Shown: positions 8,604-18,376, numbered from the stretch's first letter. The stretch is 64,000 bases of DNA from Dehalococcoidia bacterium (GCA_965219845.1 CBDCOP010000006.1:294670-358669), one strand, 5' to 3'. The notes: generated from the sequence alone by a model not told the origin. Made by a program: numbers and translations.

Positions 8604-9532
8604 CCCGCTGTATTATCCGTAAATATCCGACAGTGCCTCTTCTCCCCTCCTCAGGGGTGGGCTGCAAGCCTAGGCTCAGGTGAGGCGATGGTAGTGGTAG
8701 GGGTGGAGGAACTCCTCTGAGTTCTGCTGACACTCGGAGATGTCCTCCCTGGAGAGGTCCTCCCTACGGTCGTGTAGCCAGCCCTGATACCCTTGCGCAT
8801 CGTCCGGTTGAAGCTCTCAATGTACTCCTGCTCGTTCTTCTTGTAAGGCTGAGCCACCCGATGCCGCTGACAGTAGGTCTGCACCCGGTGCGCGAAGGAC
8901 TCTTTGAACTCACTGCCGCCGTCCGTTTGAATCAACTCCACCCAGCCATTGAAGCGCCGCGCCATGGCCTGCTCAAGAAAGGCACACCCATAGGCAGCCG
9001 TGAGGGCCGGGGCCACTAGGATGTCCGCCTCCTTGGTATAGATGGCTATGGCGGTGAAAGCGAACAGGCTGCCGAACATGACAGTGTCCATCTGGACTAC
9101 CTGGCTTGGGCCGCTGGCGACCGGCACAGGTTCCCCTCCGACGACGTTTCTTCCACTTGGAGCGGATGACGTACCTCTCCCTGAGAATCTCGTAGATCTT
9201 GGGCACGGACAGATGCACCCCGTGCATTGCTCCAGGAAGTAGGCAATCTTCTGCCCACAGCATCCTGACTCCCGTTTCCTGATGGCCCGCACCCCGCGTT
9301 TCACGACAGGGTTGACCTGCCTCTTCAGCCCCTCCCGCTGGATACCACATAGCCACAAGTGGATGGTCTCCTGGTGTCTTCCTAGGCGCCCGGCGATCCG
9401 CGCCTTAGGGACTCCTTGCTGGTAGAGACCCCAAGCCAATGTAATCAACGTGAGGTTCGACATGTCCATGACCATATCCATGGACTGTCCGAGGTCTGTC
9501 GGGTTTCTACGAAAACAGTGCACCAACTTGAC
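8604..9532 (-). mobile_element. Degenerate DDE insertion sequence, copy 2 of 2
   Basis: Same 929-bp block as 975..1903. Flanked by AAGGCC (8598..8603) and AAAGCC (9533..9538), 5/6 identical, possibly a decayed 6-bp target duplication. Confidence 0.85.
8609..9481 (-). pseudogene. DDE transposase with the same frameshifts as copy 1
   Basis: ORFs 8651..9616(-) and 8973..9356(-) reproduce the frame pattern of copy 1 (same garbage tails, same out-of-frame HGVHLSVPKIYEILRERYVIRSKWKK segment). Confidence 0.8.
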
Positions 9533-9590
9533 AAAGCCTACCGATTCTGGTAAAGCATCGCTTGCAGGTGGTTCCCTGCGGGAGGTCCAG

Positions 9591-10760
9591 ATGGATTTGT
9601 CATCACTTTTTCGCAAAGGTTTGGTGCTCGCGGTCGTAGCACTTGGAAGCTCGGTGCTCCTCGGCTCTTGTGGTAGCGACGACCCGACACCAACGTTAGA
9701 GCCTCAGCCCACCGCGACTCCGGTGCCTCAAGCCGCCACTGCGACTCCGACGTTAACGGCCTTGCAAAGACTCATTGAGGCCGCCGCAGCCGAGGGGCAG
9801 GTCATCATTGAAGGAGGCCCCTTTGATGAGCCTGAGGCCGCCAACGAAGCCGAGGCTGCGATCAAGGCCATGTGGGGGATCGACTTGGATATCCAGCAGG
9901 TTCCCAACCCAGTTGGAAGTCAGAACGCGCACGCGGCCAAGCTGATCAAGGAGGCCGAGGCCGGTCAGCGTCACTCGACAGACATGTTTACTGGCACACA
10001 GTCCACCGCGCCATTACTTATCACGTCAGGCGTGGCCCAGAGGGTGAACTGGCGCGCCTTCGATCCGAGCATCCCAGAGGATGCTGTTGACGGAATGGGC
10101 GCTGCGCTAGCTTTTGGAACCCGCATGGGCGGCATCGCCTACAACACAAACGAAGTCTCCCCCGACGACGTTCCGAAGTCCTTCGACGACCTACTGGATC
10201 CGAAATGGAAGGGCCGGATCGCAACCACCCCGTACGTGGCGGTCTGGGACAGGGCCACGCTATATACCCCTGGTGAGGAGATTGAGGCCTTCCTCAAAGA
10301 GCTGTCGGATAATGGCAACCTTGCGGGGCTCATTGGCTGTGGTGGTGATGTGGACCGTATCGTGACCGGGGAGTTCGCGATGCTGGCCATGATCTGTAGC
10401 GACAACGGTGTGTATCAGCTTCAGGACAAGGGCGCGCCGATCGAGATCGCCTTCATTCCTGAGACTACCGACATCTCGCACGGCTACCTGGTCATACCGC
10501 AGCCGGACACGATTAACCACCCGAATGCGGCCATACTGTATGCAATCTTCAATCTGACCCCAGAGGGGCAGGCCCTCCACCGGAAGTACAACTTCTGGGA
10601 CCTGCACTACATAGAGGGCAATGAAACTTACAATCGTGTTGAGGCGCTCCGTGCCCAGGGTATCAATCCGCCAGTGATCGACACAGACGACGTGATCGCT
10701 GAGCAGGAATCCTTCTCCGCGTGGGCGGCCAAGTTCCGAACCATCGTCCGAGGAGGCTAG
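9591..10760 (+). CDS. ABC transporter substrate-binding lipoprotein (family-1 SBP; Fe3+/polyamine/thiamine-like class)
   Basis: Listed ORF 9450..10760 starts in the IS. ATG at 9591 follows GGGAGG. Signal peptide with lipobox LLGSC, then a Pro/Thr-rich linker. Matching permease and ATPase genes lie at 15.0-18.0 kb. Confidence 0.8.
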   Translation: MDLSSLFRKGLVLAVVALGSSVLLGSCGSDDPTPTLEPQPTATPVPQAATATPTLTALQRLIEAAAAEGQVIIEGGPFDEPEAANEAEAAIKAMWGIDLDIQQVPNPVGSQNAHAAKLIKEAEAGQRHSTDMFTGTQSTAPLLITSGVAQRVNWRAFDPSIPEDAVDGMGAALAFGTRMGGIAYNTNEVSPDDVPKSFDDLLDPKWKGRIATTPYVAVWDRATLYTPGEEIEAFLKELSDNGNLAGLIGCGGDVDRIVTGEFAMLAMICSDNGVYQLQDKGAPIEIAFIPETTDISHGYLVIPQPDTINHPNAAILYAIFNLTPEGQALHRKYNFWDLHYIEGNETYNRVEALRAQGINPPVIDTDDVIAEQESFSAWAAKFRTIVRGG

Positions 10761-10796
10761 TCCTTCACGGGGCTGCGTAAGTGACGGTAGCGATAG

Positions 10797-10834
10797 CAGG
10801 CAGGCCACGCCCCCGAAAGGGTGTGGCTTGCCTG
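10797..10834 (+). terminator. Strong hairpin just after the SBP stop codon (terminator candidate, weak U-tract)
   Basis: CAGGCAGGCCACGCCC-ccgaaa-GGGTGTGGCTTGCCTG: a 16-bp stem with two G-U pairs. The following sequence is not U-rich. Confidence 0.4.
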
Positions 10835-10874
10835 TGTCCGGTGCGCTTCAGAGGCAAGGGAAGGCCGCTATATT

Positions 10875-11215
10875 GCCTTTCATTCGTGAGACCACGACAT
10901 TCTGGAAGCTTCCCGGCTATCCCACAGCCGAACCGAATCACCCACCCGCGTGTGGCCCCACTGTACGCGATCTCCCAACTGGGCCCCGGGGCCGGCCCTT
11001 CCACCGAAAGTGCAACTTCCGGGACCTGCACTTAATCGAGGGTATCGAAACCACGAGCGTGTTGATGTGCTGCTTGCCGAGGGCATCGCCACGGGACTCT
11101 TCCCTCCAAGTGGACCGACCAAGTTCCGAACGATCGCCCAGGACGCCAGTCCCCGGGCCGCGTAAGTGGCGGTAGCGACAGTGCAGGGCACAGCCTTCGG
11201 AGCGTAGCCCTTTGC
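10875..11215 (+). pseudogene. Degenerate tandem duplicate of the 3' end of the SBP gene plus its downstream region
   Basis: 10875.. aligns with 10449..~10836, for example CACCGAAAGTGCAACTTCCGGGACCTGCAC vs CACCGGAAGTACAACTTCTGGGACCTGCAC and CGTAAGTGGCGGTAGCGACAG vs CGTAAGTGACGGTAGCGATAG. There are multiple indels. Fragments translate as HRKCNFRDLHLIEG vs HRKYNFWDLHYIEG. Confidence 0.75.
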
Positions 11216-11270
11216 TGTATCCCTGTACCTGGCTGGCCCGAGATGGGGGCGACGGGGCTCCCTTACGCAG

Positions 11271-11304
11271 AGATGGCGCTGAGTTTGCTTGCACAGCGCC
11301 ATCT
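11271..11304 (+). terminator. Intrinsic-terminator-like hairpin between convergent genes
   Basis: Perfect 11-bp stem AGATGGCGCTG / CAGCGCCATCT with a 12-nt loop, followed by TCCTGTTCTATT on the + strand. Lies between the SBP remnant (+) and the oxygenase gene end (-). Confidence 0.5.
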
Positions 11305-11347
11305 TCCTGTTCTATTGGCGGGGCCCTTGCTTGCCCAAGACTCCGCG

Positions 11348-12649
11348 CTAGGCGAAGGTCATCTCCTGGAACTTCGCCAGTTCCTTCCAGGCCTCCCGCC
11401 AGTCCTCCCCTTTCTCCAGGACGGTGACGTAGCCACCCATGAGCGGGAACCGATTGTCCTCCGGCCTCCGTATGTCGAGGGGAACCTCCCCGGTTTCCAT
11501 CATGTGCCGGATAGCCTGGATTGTGACCTTCCGCGCGAGGGCAACGGCCTTGTCTCCGGGAGCCAAGTGCTCCCGGGTCCGGTCCTCGATGAACCCTTGA
11601 CCCTCCGTCGCCATCGCGTCATGGACGTTGAAGTTGGGTCCGAGGCCGATGAAGCTCCGGGACACCATCTCCTCACGATCCTGGAGGTAACGGTTGCTCC
11701 CATTCCGCCGAAGGGTGTAGTCGGGAAGGACGTCTCGGTCCTGACGGGAATACTCGAGCCGTTCGATGTCCAGAGGCTCGACAATCGTGTGGCCGAAGCT
11801 GAACTTCCAGTGGTGGTGATCGTCGATCGGCACGTGCCAATTGACGCTGTAGCCGTCGCCTCGCGGGCGATTGCCCGAGAAGATGCCAATGCTTGGGTAG
11901 ACGAAGTTGTTCATACGTACGTAGGTCCGGCCATCGTCCGTGATCCGTAGCGCCCACAACCGGACTCCGAAGTCGGCCTCTTCGGCTTCGACCCGTGGCG
12001 CTACGTCGCGGCTCACTAGGGCGTTGGCGGTAGTGCTAGCTCCCGGCACATTCGAGCTCTGGGCGGATCGGCTTTGTGCGTCCTCGCGGATGAACTTGTG
12101 CAAGTAGGAGATATGCGGAGGGTCGATCTCGCCCTCCAGTCCCTGGAGGAAGTTGCACTCCTGGTAGACCTTGTTGCAGGTCCGCTTATCCTCGGACACG
12201 ACCAAGAAGGAGTAGCGCGGGGGCAGGGGAGGCTTGTCCGGCCCCATGTACGTGAGGATAACGCCGCCCATCTCAACGCAAGGGTAGGCGGGGTGCTGGA
12301 TGCGGTCCTTGAAAGTGCTGCTCGCGGACTCCGCTGGCTGGTCGAGGCATTGCCCGTTGATGTCGTACAGCCAGCCGTGGTATACACAGCGGATGCCTCC
12401 GTCCTCGAGACGACCGAAGCTCAGGTCGGCCTGCCGGTGCGAGCAGTGCCGCGCGAGCAGGCCCGGCCGCCCTGCGTCATCCCTGAAGAGCACGAGATCC
12501 TCGCTCAGCAGTCGCACCGGCTTCGGAGGGGAACCGTGTGGGAGCTCCTCGCTCAGGGCGACGGGGTTCCAGTACCTGCGGTGAAACCTGCCAGCCGGCG
12601 TTCCGGGACCGGTCTGGGTTATCAGATCGTTCTCCTCCCGAGTCAGCAT
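11348..12649 (-). CDS. Rieske non-heme iron oxygenase, alpha (catalytic) subunit
   Basis: 433-aa ORF; ATG follows AAGGAGG. Rieske motif CSHRQADLSFG...CVYHGWLYD. The N-terminus LTREENDLITQTGPGTPAGRFHRRYWNPV is typical of the phthalate/VanA-type family. Confidence 0.85.
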   Translation of the reverse strand: MLTREENDLITQTGPGTPAGRFHRRYWNPVALSEELPHGSPPKPVRLLSEDLVLFRDDAGRPGLLARHCSHRQADLSFGRLEDGGIRCVYHGWLYDINGQCLDQPAESASSTFKDRIQHPAYPCVEMGGVILTYMGPDKPPLPPRYSFLVVSEDKRTCNKVYQECNFLQGLEGEIDPPHISYLHKFIREDAQSRSAQSSNVPGASTTANALVSRDVAPRVEAEEADFGVRLWALRITDDGRTYVRMNNFVYPSIGIFSGNRPRGDGYSVNWHVPIDDHHHWKFSFGHTIVEPLDIERLEYSRQDRDVLPDYTLRRNGSNRYLQDREEMVSRSFIGLGPNFNVHDAMATEGQGFIEDRTREHLAPGDKAVALARKVTIQAIRHMMETGEVPLDIRRPEDNRFPLMGGYVTVLEKGEDWREAWKELAKFQEMTFA

Positions 12650-12675
12650 TCTGTCCTCCTTTGCTACTTTAGCCC

Positions 12676-13254
12676 CTATCGCACGCCGTCGAGCCCAACC
12701 GCCTCCTCCTTGCGGAGGCCGCCAAGGCGCGCATTGAGCCTGCCACGATTCATCACCGCCAAGCCTACGAGTATCTCATTGTCCAGTGGGGCATCGGGCA
12801 CGGCTACGGTAATCGTGTCGTAGTGCGACCGCACCCAGATGGCGTCCTTGTAGCAGGTGGGGATGTCCATCGACGCGCCGGCACTCGCCCGCTTGGTAAC
12901 AGAGGGCAGCCACGCCTTGGCCCCGCCGATACGCTCGCGGAAAGCGTCGCCGAACACACTAGTCAGGCACGCATTCGCATGCTCCTGCTCACCGGCGAGG
13001 CCAACCACGGCACCCTTCCCGTAGCTCTCTACGTCCGTGGCCAGCGCCTCTACCGCGCGATTGGCGAGAAGGCTGGCGAGCTCACCTGAAGCCTCTGACA
13101 GGCCATCGAGGGACTCAGCGTACGGCTGGAGCGCGTAGGGGTTTCGGATGACCGCGAGGGCAGCGACCTTCCGGAGGGAGTCGCCTTGGTCGGAGCGCCC
13201 TCCCTCTAACCAGATCTCCTCGCTGATGACAACAACTTTCCTAATGTCCAGCAT
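12676..13254 (-). CDS. 'Amino acid synthesis' (PF06684-like) family protein, function unknown
   Basis: 192-aa ORF 26 nt upstream of the oxygenase gene on the same strand. Family call is from memory of its size and sequence pattern (IRKVVV...EGGR...AAAVIRNPY); needs an HMM check. Confidence 0.55.
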   Translation of the reverse strand: MLDIRKVVVISEEIWLEGGRSDQGDSLRKVAALAVIRNPYALQPYAESLDGLSEASGELASLLANRAVEALATDVESYGKGAVVGLAGEQEHANACLTSVFGDAFRERIGGAKAWLPSVTKRASAGASMDIPTCYKDAIWVRSHYDTITVAVPDAPLDNEILVGLAVMNRGRLNARLGGLRKEEAVGLDGVR

Positions 13255-13699
13255 CCCGCGCTCTCCTCTTGAGGATCTGGATCGTGGAGGCGGAGCAGTC
13301 TTTCTGACGGATTGCCCATCTCAGCGCTGTGCGGCGCCTGAGGCTTCGCCACCACCCCCAGTGTGGTGAGCATACTGACTACGAGTGGCAGCGTCAATCC
13401 TACTATCACGCCTGAGGAAAGCCCGCTAATCGTACGTGCCGCCGCGTTCGCAGCGCTGTTTCGTCTGGGGCACCATCGGCCCGACGCACCAGGGGAATGG
13501 GCTGAGGCGACGCTTGACGCGCCCCGAGGCCGTGGGGACAATGCCCAAGCTGTCGAGGATGTATCGGGAGCGTCTGAGCCGGCGTGAGGGGCTGCCGAGG
13601 TGCATCCCCCCCAGCTACCAACGGGAGGTGCGCGCCTTCTGGGCATCGACAGGCCCGACTTGTCCTGTCATTGAATTTCAACAAAAAGGGGGCACAACG

Positions 13700-14881
13700 A
13701 TGGCAACCCTAGGCATCAAGAACATAGGTATCCTCGTATCGGGCGCTCTGGACAGAGGGCTCATCGATGCCGACACTGTTCTGTGTGAGGACGGGAAAAT
13801 CGCCCGCATCGGTAACGGACTTGACATGGCGTCCGCGGACGTCGTCGTGGACGCCCTTGGAACCACCGTCATGCCGGGGCTCATCGATTCTCACTGCCAC
13901 GTCGTCATCGGTGACTTCACGCCGAGGCAAAAGACGGTGGACTTCCTCGAATCGTACGTCCACGGGGGTGTGACGAGCGTAATCAGTCCTGGGGAGATTC
14001 ACGCCCCTGGACGTCCCAAGACGGCCGTGGGAGTGAAAGCCCTTGCCGTCGCGGCCCACGAATGCTTCTTGAACTTTCATCCCTTGGGCATGAAGTGCCA
14101 CGCAGGCTCAGTGATCATCGAGCCGACCCTCTCGCGGGGGGACTTCCAAGACATCGCTTCGCAGGGTGTGTGGCTGGCCAAGTACGGGTTCGGCGCCTTC
14201 GCCGACCCCGCCGACGGCGAGCCACAGGTGCGGTGGGCACAGGAGGCCGGGCTTAACGTGATGTGTCACTCGGGGGGGGCATCCATACCCGGCTCCAAGC
14301 CAATCACTGCCGACCATCTGATGATGCTAGCACCGAATATCGCAGGCCATGTCAATGGCGGCCCGACGGCCCTGACCGACGACGGCGTGCGCATGCTCGT
14401 TCTCGAGTCAAGCATGTACCTGCAGATCGTGCAGGCTGGGAACCTCAAGAAAACCTTCGAAATCGTCAACCTGGCCGCCGAATCTGGGGTACTGCCCCGT
14501 GTCATAGTTGGCAGTGACACTCCAACCGGGACCGGCGTCATGCCATTGGGAGTGCTGAAGACCATATGCGAAGTTGCCTCGATGACTGGCCTAGCCCCTG
14601 AGAAAACGCTCGCCCTGGCCCAGGGTAACAATGCACGCGCCTTCGACCTTAACCAGGGAGTCGTCGAGGAGGGAGCAGCGGCTGACCTCGTCGTACTGGA
14701 CACGCCATGGGGGTCGGTCGGCACTAACGCGCTCGAGGCAATCGCCCGTGGCGATATCCCCGGAATCTCCGCCATGATTCTCGACGGCAGAGTCCGAACG
14801 CTCCGAAGCCGGAACACGCCAGCTGCTGCACGCATGGCGCAGGTGGAGCCGTCCATGGGGTGGCTAGCGGACGGTCATTAG
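13700..14881 (+). CDS. Metal-dependent amidohydrolase (enamidase / imidazolonepropionase-like)
   Basis: ORF 13436..14881 is over-extended; ATG at 13700 follows AAAGGGGG. The N-terminal beta-sandwich start MATLGIKNIGILVSG and the metal motif GLIDSHCHVV are typical of the amidohydrolase superfamily. Confidence 0.75.
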   Translation: MATLGIKNIGILVSGALDRGLIDADTVLCEDGKIARIGNGLDMASADVVVDALGTTVMPGLIDSHCHVVIGDFTPRQKTVDFLESYVHGGVTSVISPGEIHAPGRPKTAVGVKALAVAAHECFLNFHPLGMKCHAGSVIIEPTLSRGDFQDIASQGVWLAKYGFGAFADPADGEPQVRWAQEAGLNVMCHSGGASIPGSKPITADHLMMLAPNIAGHVNGGPTALTDDGVRMLVLESSMYLQIVQAGNLKKTFEIVNLAAESGVLPRVIVGSDTPTGTGVMPLGVLKTICEVASMTGLAPEKTLALAQGNNARAFDLNQGVVEEGAAADLVVLDTPWGSVGTNALEAIARGDIPGISAMILDGRVRTLRSRNTPAAARMAQVEPSMGWLADGH

Positions 14882-15013
14882 CCTCCGGCCATCGCCCTGC
14901 CGGGAATTGACATGTGGTCGTGCCACGCGTACATTCCGTCCTGCGTTGGGGAATCGCTATTGGAGTATCGATTCGTAACGAGACGAACCGATGCGTCGGT
15001 CGAGGATGCAACG

Positions 15014-16759
15014 ATGTTGTCTGCGGCTCAAATGAGAACGTCACTAGCTAGGGCGGTGACGCCTTCACTCCTCGACGGCCGCTTTGTGATCGTCGGATTC
15101 AGCATGACTGTTCTGTTGATGGTCGTGGGTCTGCTCGCGGTCGTCGTGCTGATTGCATTTCAGGACCACCGTGACACATCTCTGTATACCCTTGAGAACT
15201 TCCGCGACCTCTACGGTGACCCCTTTGTTTACAAGGCCCTCTGGAACACGCTGTACTACACGATCGTTGTCGTCATTACGTCGTTGGTATTCGCCGTTCC
15301 TATCGCGCTAATTGCCGAGAGGACCGACCTTCCCGGGCGAGGTGCGATTTTCCCACTGATGACGGGGACGATTATCGTCCCGGGGTTCCTGACGGCTCAG
15401 GGCTGGCTGCTGATGTTCCACCCGCGTATCGGTGCGGTGAACATTTGGCTAAGGGACCTGCTCCCTTGGATGGATAGCGGACCGATCAACATCACGACCA
15501 TTCCGGGAATGGGGGTAGTAACGGGGCTGGGGCTATCCTCTGTGGCCTTCATCATGGTCGCGGGGACATTCAGGAACATGGACCCTGCATTGGAGGAGAG
15601 TGCGCAGATTCATGGACTCGGGTCCTTCACCCGCTTCCAGCGTATCGTGTTCCCTTTGGCCTGGCCAGGTGTGCTCGCCGCTGGACTCTATGTGGCCGCG
15701 ATCGGCATGGCCGCATTCGACGTCCCTGCCGTGCTGGGCTTGACCAACCGGATCTTCGTGTTTAGCACACTCGTCTGGACACAGACGAACCCGGAGGAGG
15801 GCGCACCGAACTTCAGCATCGTAGGAGCGCAGGCGGTCTTCATGATAGGCGTTGCGTTGCTCGTCAGCTGGTGGTATCTGCGGACCATACGCCACTCGCA
15901 CCGCTACGCCGTGATCACTGGCAAGAACTACCGCCCCAAGCTACTCAAGCTCGGTCGCTGGTGGATTGCAGCATGGGCGTTCGTGGGCATCAAACTCCTG
16001 TTCAGTGTCGTGCTACCAGTCCTTATGGTGTTCTGGGGCTCCCTGCATCGGTTCATCCGGCCCATCAATGCCACGACCATCTCTGAGGCAAACTTCGACA
16101 ACTACAGCCAAATCCCGTACGAGTTGTTCTGGTTCTCGGTGAAGAACACGGGCATGCTCGTGTTCAGCGTGCCTACGCTGCTGGTGCTCATTGGGCTCGC
16201 CATATCGTGGGTGGTTATCCGCTCTGGAATCAGGTTCTCGTGGTTGTTTGACTTAGGCGCGTTCATTCCCCATGCAGTGCCCAACTTGATTTTCGCTGTG
16301 GCTATTCTTGTGGCGGCCCTCTTCTATATCCCCAAGTGGTTACCCTTCTATGGTACGATATTCATCCTGATCTTCATCTTTACAATCACGCGGATTAGCT
16401 TCACCACCCGACTGTTCAACAGTTCCTTGCTGCAAATCCATCGGGAACTAGATGAAGCTGGATATGTGTTTGGCTTAATGCCGTTGCAGGTGGTACGATA
16501 TATCCTCATTCCGCTGCTTCTTCCGGCAATCTTCTATGCTTGGATATGGATGGCTTTGCTCGCCTTTCGCGAGCTTACCCTAGCGGCGTTCGTCACCAGC
16601 GGTTCCAACCTGACGCTGCCCGTTTTTGTCATCAATCTGATACGCAGCGGTGACGGGCCTATCGGAGCTGCGCTGTCCATGCTCATCATGGGCGTGATGG
16701 CGCCGCTCGTCGTTGCGTACTTCATCTTGGCGCGGCGACGGATGCAGTTCACGTTGTAA
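15014..16759 (+). CDS. ABC transporter permease, duplicated (two-module, ~12 TM) FbpB/ThiP-type
   Basis: In ORF 14912..16759; start uncertain (ATG 15014 chosen). Long hydrophobic protein with two binding-protein-dependent permease modules. Confidence 0.75.
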   Translation: MLSAAQMRTSLARAVTPSLLDGRFVIVGFSMTVLLMVVGLLAVVVLIAFQDHRDTSLYTLENFRDLYGDPFVYKALWNTLYYTIVVVITSLVFAVPIALIAERTDLPGRGAIFPLMTGTIIVPGFLTAQGWLLMFHPRIGAVNIWLRDLLPWMDSGPINITTIPGMGVVTGLGLSSVAFIMVAGTFRNMDPALEESAQIHGLGSFTRFQRIVFPLAWPGVLAAGLYVAAIGMAAFDVPAVLGLTNRIFVFSTLVWTQTNPEEGAPNFSIVGAQAVFMIGVALLVSWWYLRTIRHSHRYAVITGKNYRPKLLKLGRWWIAAWAFVGIKLLFSVVLPVLMVFWGSLHRFIRPINATTISEANFDNYSQIPYELFWFSVKNTGMLVFSVPTLLVLIGLAISWVVIRSGIRFSWLFDLGAFIPHAVPNLIFAVAILVAALFYIPKWLPFYGTIFILIFIFTITRISFTTRLFNSSLLQIHRELDEAGYVFGLMPLQVVRYILIPLLLPAIFYAWIWMALLAFRELTLAAFVTSGSNLTLPVFVINLIRSGDGPIGAALSMLIMGVMAPLVVAYFILARRRMQFTL

Positions 16760-16831
16760 GGAACCGTGTGGCTTTCTACAGCAGCTCTATCCCCAAGGCT
16801 TGAGGGCTGGCTGTTCGACGGAGGCAAGCAA

Positions 16832-17968
16832 ATGATCACGATCGAGCGAGTGTTCAAGACGTTCCAGACCGGAGCCCTCGGGTCCGTCGTTGCCTTGGGA
16901 GGGATTGATGTGGAGATTGGTGACGGCGAATTCTTCGTGCTACTCGGTCCCAGCGGGTCGGGCAAAACGACGCTTATGCGTTGTGTGGCCGGACTCGAGA
17001 CTCCAGACTCCGGCGTTATCCGCATCGGCGATGACCTTGTATTCTCCGGTATCGGGAAGATATCCATGCCGCCTGAGAGGCGCGGGGTAGGCATGGTATT
17101 CCAGTCCTATGCGATCTGGCCACATATGACCGTATGGCAGAACGTCGCTCTGCCGTTGACCCGAGGAAAGATGAGAGTGCCGCAAGGAGAAGTCGTCCAC
17201 AAGGTGGACCGCGCGCTGACGCTGGTGGGTATGCAGGACCTCGGCGCACGGCCGGCGCCGCTGTTGAGCGGGGGACAGCAGCAGCGTGTGGCCTTGGCCC
17301 GGGCCCTGGCCGTGGAGCCACGTGTGCTGCTGATGGACGAGCCGCTCAGTAACCTGGATGCGCGACTTCGCGAGGAGGTCCGCGCCGAGATCAAGAGCGT
17401 TGTTGAAGACCTGGGCGTCACGGTCCTCTACGTGACTCATGATCAGACCGAGGCCATGGACCTGGCGAACCGCATCGCAGTCATGCACATGGGCAACATC
17501 GTTCAGATTGGCTCGGCTGAGGAGCTCTACACCAATCCGAAGAACCCGCTGGTCGCTCAGTTCTTCGGGGAGATGAACTGGCTCGAGGCTGAGATTGCCG
17601 ATGGCTTGACGGTGAAAACGCAACTAGGAACTCTTCACGTCCAGGCTTCAGATGCCACGCAGCGCGGAGGCCAAGTCTTGGTGGGAATTCGGCCTGAGCG
17701 TATTCAGATGGCGGAGGTGGCCTCCGCCTTCGATGGGGCTAGCGAGAACGTCTTCTCATGCAACATTGCCTCGTCGAGTTTTCTCGGAGACCATTGTAAG
17801 TACTGGCTGGCCGTCGGCGACAAGCACCTTATGGTCAAACATGCGTCGGTTCCGCGCCTCAGTGGGACCGTCAGCGTCAGGATTCCCAAGGAGGGCATCC
17901 TGTGTTTCCCTGGGGAACAGCCCCCCGTCGAGAATGAGCCTGTGACCGGATCTCAGGTAACCACGTAG
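16832..17968 (+). CDS. ABC transporter ATP-binding protein (PotA/FbpC/MalK-type with C-terminal TOBE-like domain)
   Basis: ATG at 16832 follows GGAGG. Walker A GPSGSGKT, signature LSGGQQQRV, Walker B LLMDEP. Confidence 0.9.
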   Translation: MITIERVFKTFQTGALGSVVALGGIDVEIGDGEFFVLLGPSGSGKTTLMRCVAGLETPDSGVIRIGDDLVFSGIGKISMPPERRGVGMVFQSYAIWPHMTVWQNVALPLTRGKMRVPQGEVVHKVDRALTLVGMQDLGARPAPLLSGGQQQRVALARALAVEPRVLLMDEPLSNLDARLREEVRAEIKSVVEDLGVTVLYVTHDQTEAMDLANRIAVMHMGNIVQIGSAEELYTNPKNPLVAQFFGEMNWLEAEIADGLTVKTQLGTLHVQASDATQRGGQVLVGIRPERIQMAEVASAFDGASENVFSCNIASSSFLGDHCKYWLAVGDKHLMVKHASVPRLSGTVSVRIPKEGILCFPGEQPPVENEPVTGSQVTT

Positions 17969-18176
17969 AACTCGGATGGCTCCTCACGCCGATGTGAGGA
18001 TGTCCGCACCGTCACTCGTCTTTGGGCTTACGTGAAAGTGGTACTTCCTTTCGACTGCTTTCCTAAGACAACCAGCTCCACTTCCCCAGTTGGTCAAGGA
18101 TAGGTAGTTGGGCAATGAGGCCCACCTAGAGATGGATCGCTTGGAAAGAGCTAGGTGTAGTTCCCAGGGACGTTGT

Positions 18177-18376
18177 TTACAGGCGGGAGGCGGGAGTAGC
18201 TCCGCCGATGCCGCCGTGTGGACGCCGGTGATTGTAATACGCAAGGAACCCAGGCAGCGTGTCGAGCCGCTTGCGGTTGGAGTAGTACGGGCGCTGGTAG
18301 GCCCACTCGGCCTGCAGTATCTTGTTGAGCGCCTCCGCCTTGTCGTAACAGCGAGGCTCCTCACCTATAAACCACC

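Noticed and set aside
1812-9590. Shared N-terminal extension MRFDMSMTISMDCPRSVGFLRKQCTNLT on ORFs 1812..2948 and 9450..10760, as possible IS-encoded fusion proteins
   Set aside because: The shared part is the antisense of the transposase start region. Both genes have their own ATG with a Shine-Dalgarno sequence downstream (1962, 9591), and the SBP signal peptide starts at 9591.
1904-9590. Homology between the 58-nt spacers that follow the two IS copies, as a possible extension of the IS
   Set aside because: Apart from a shared CGCTTGC at the same offset, the two spacers are unrelated. Identity drops abruptly at 1903/9532.
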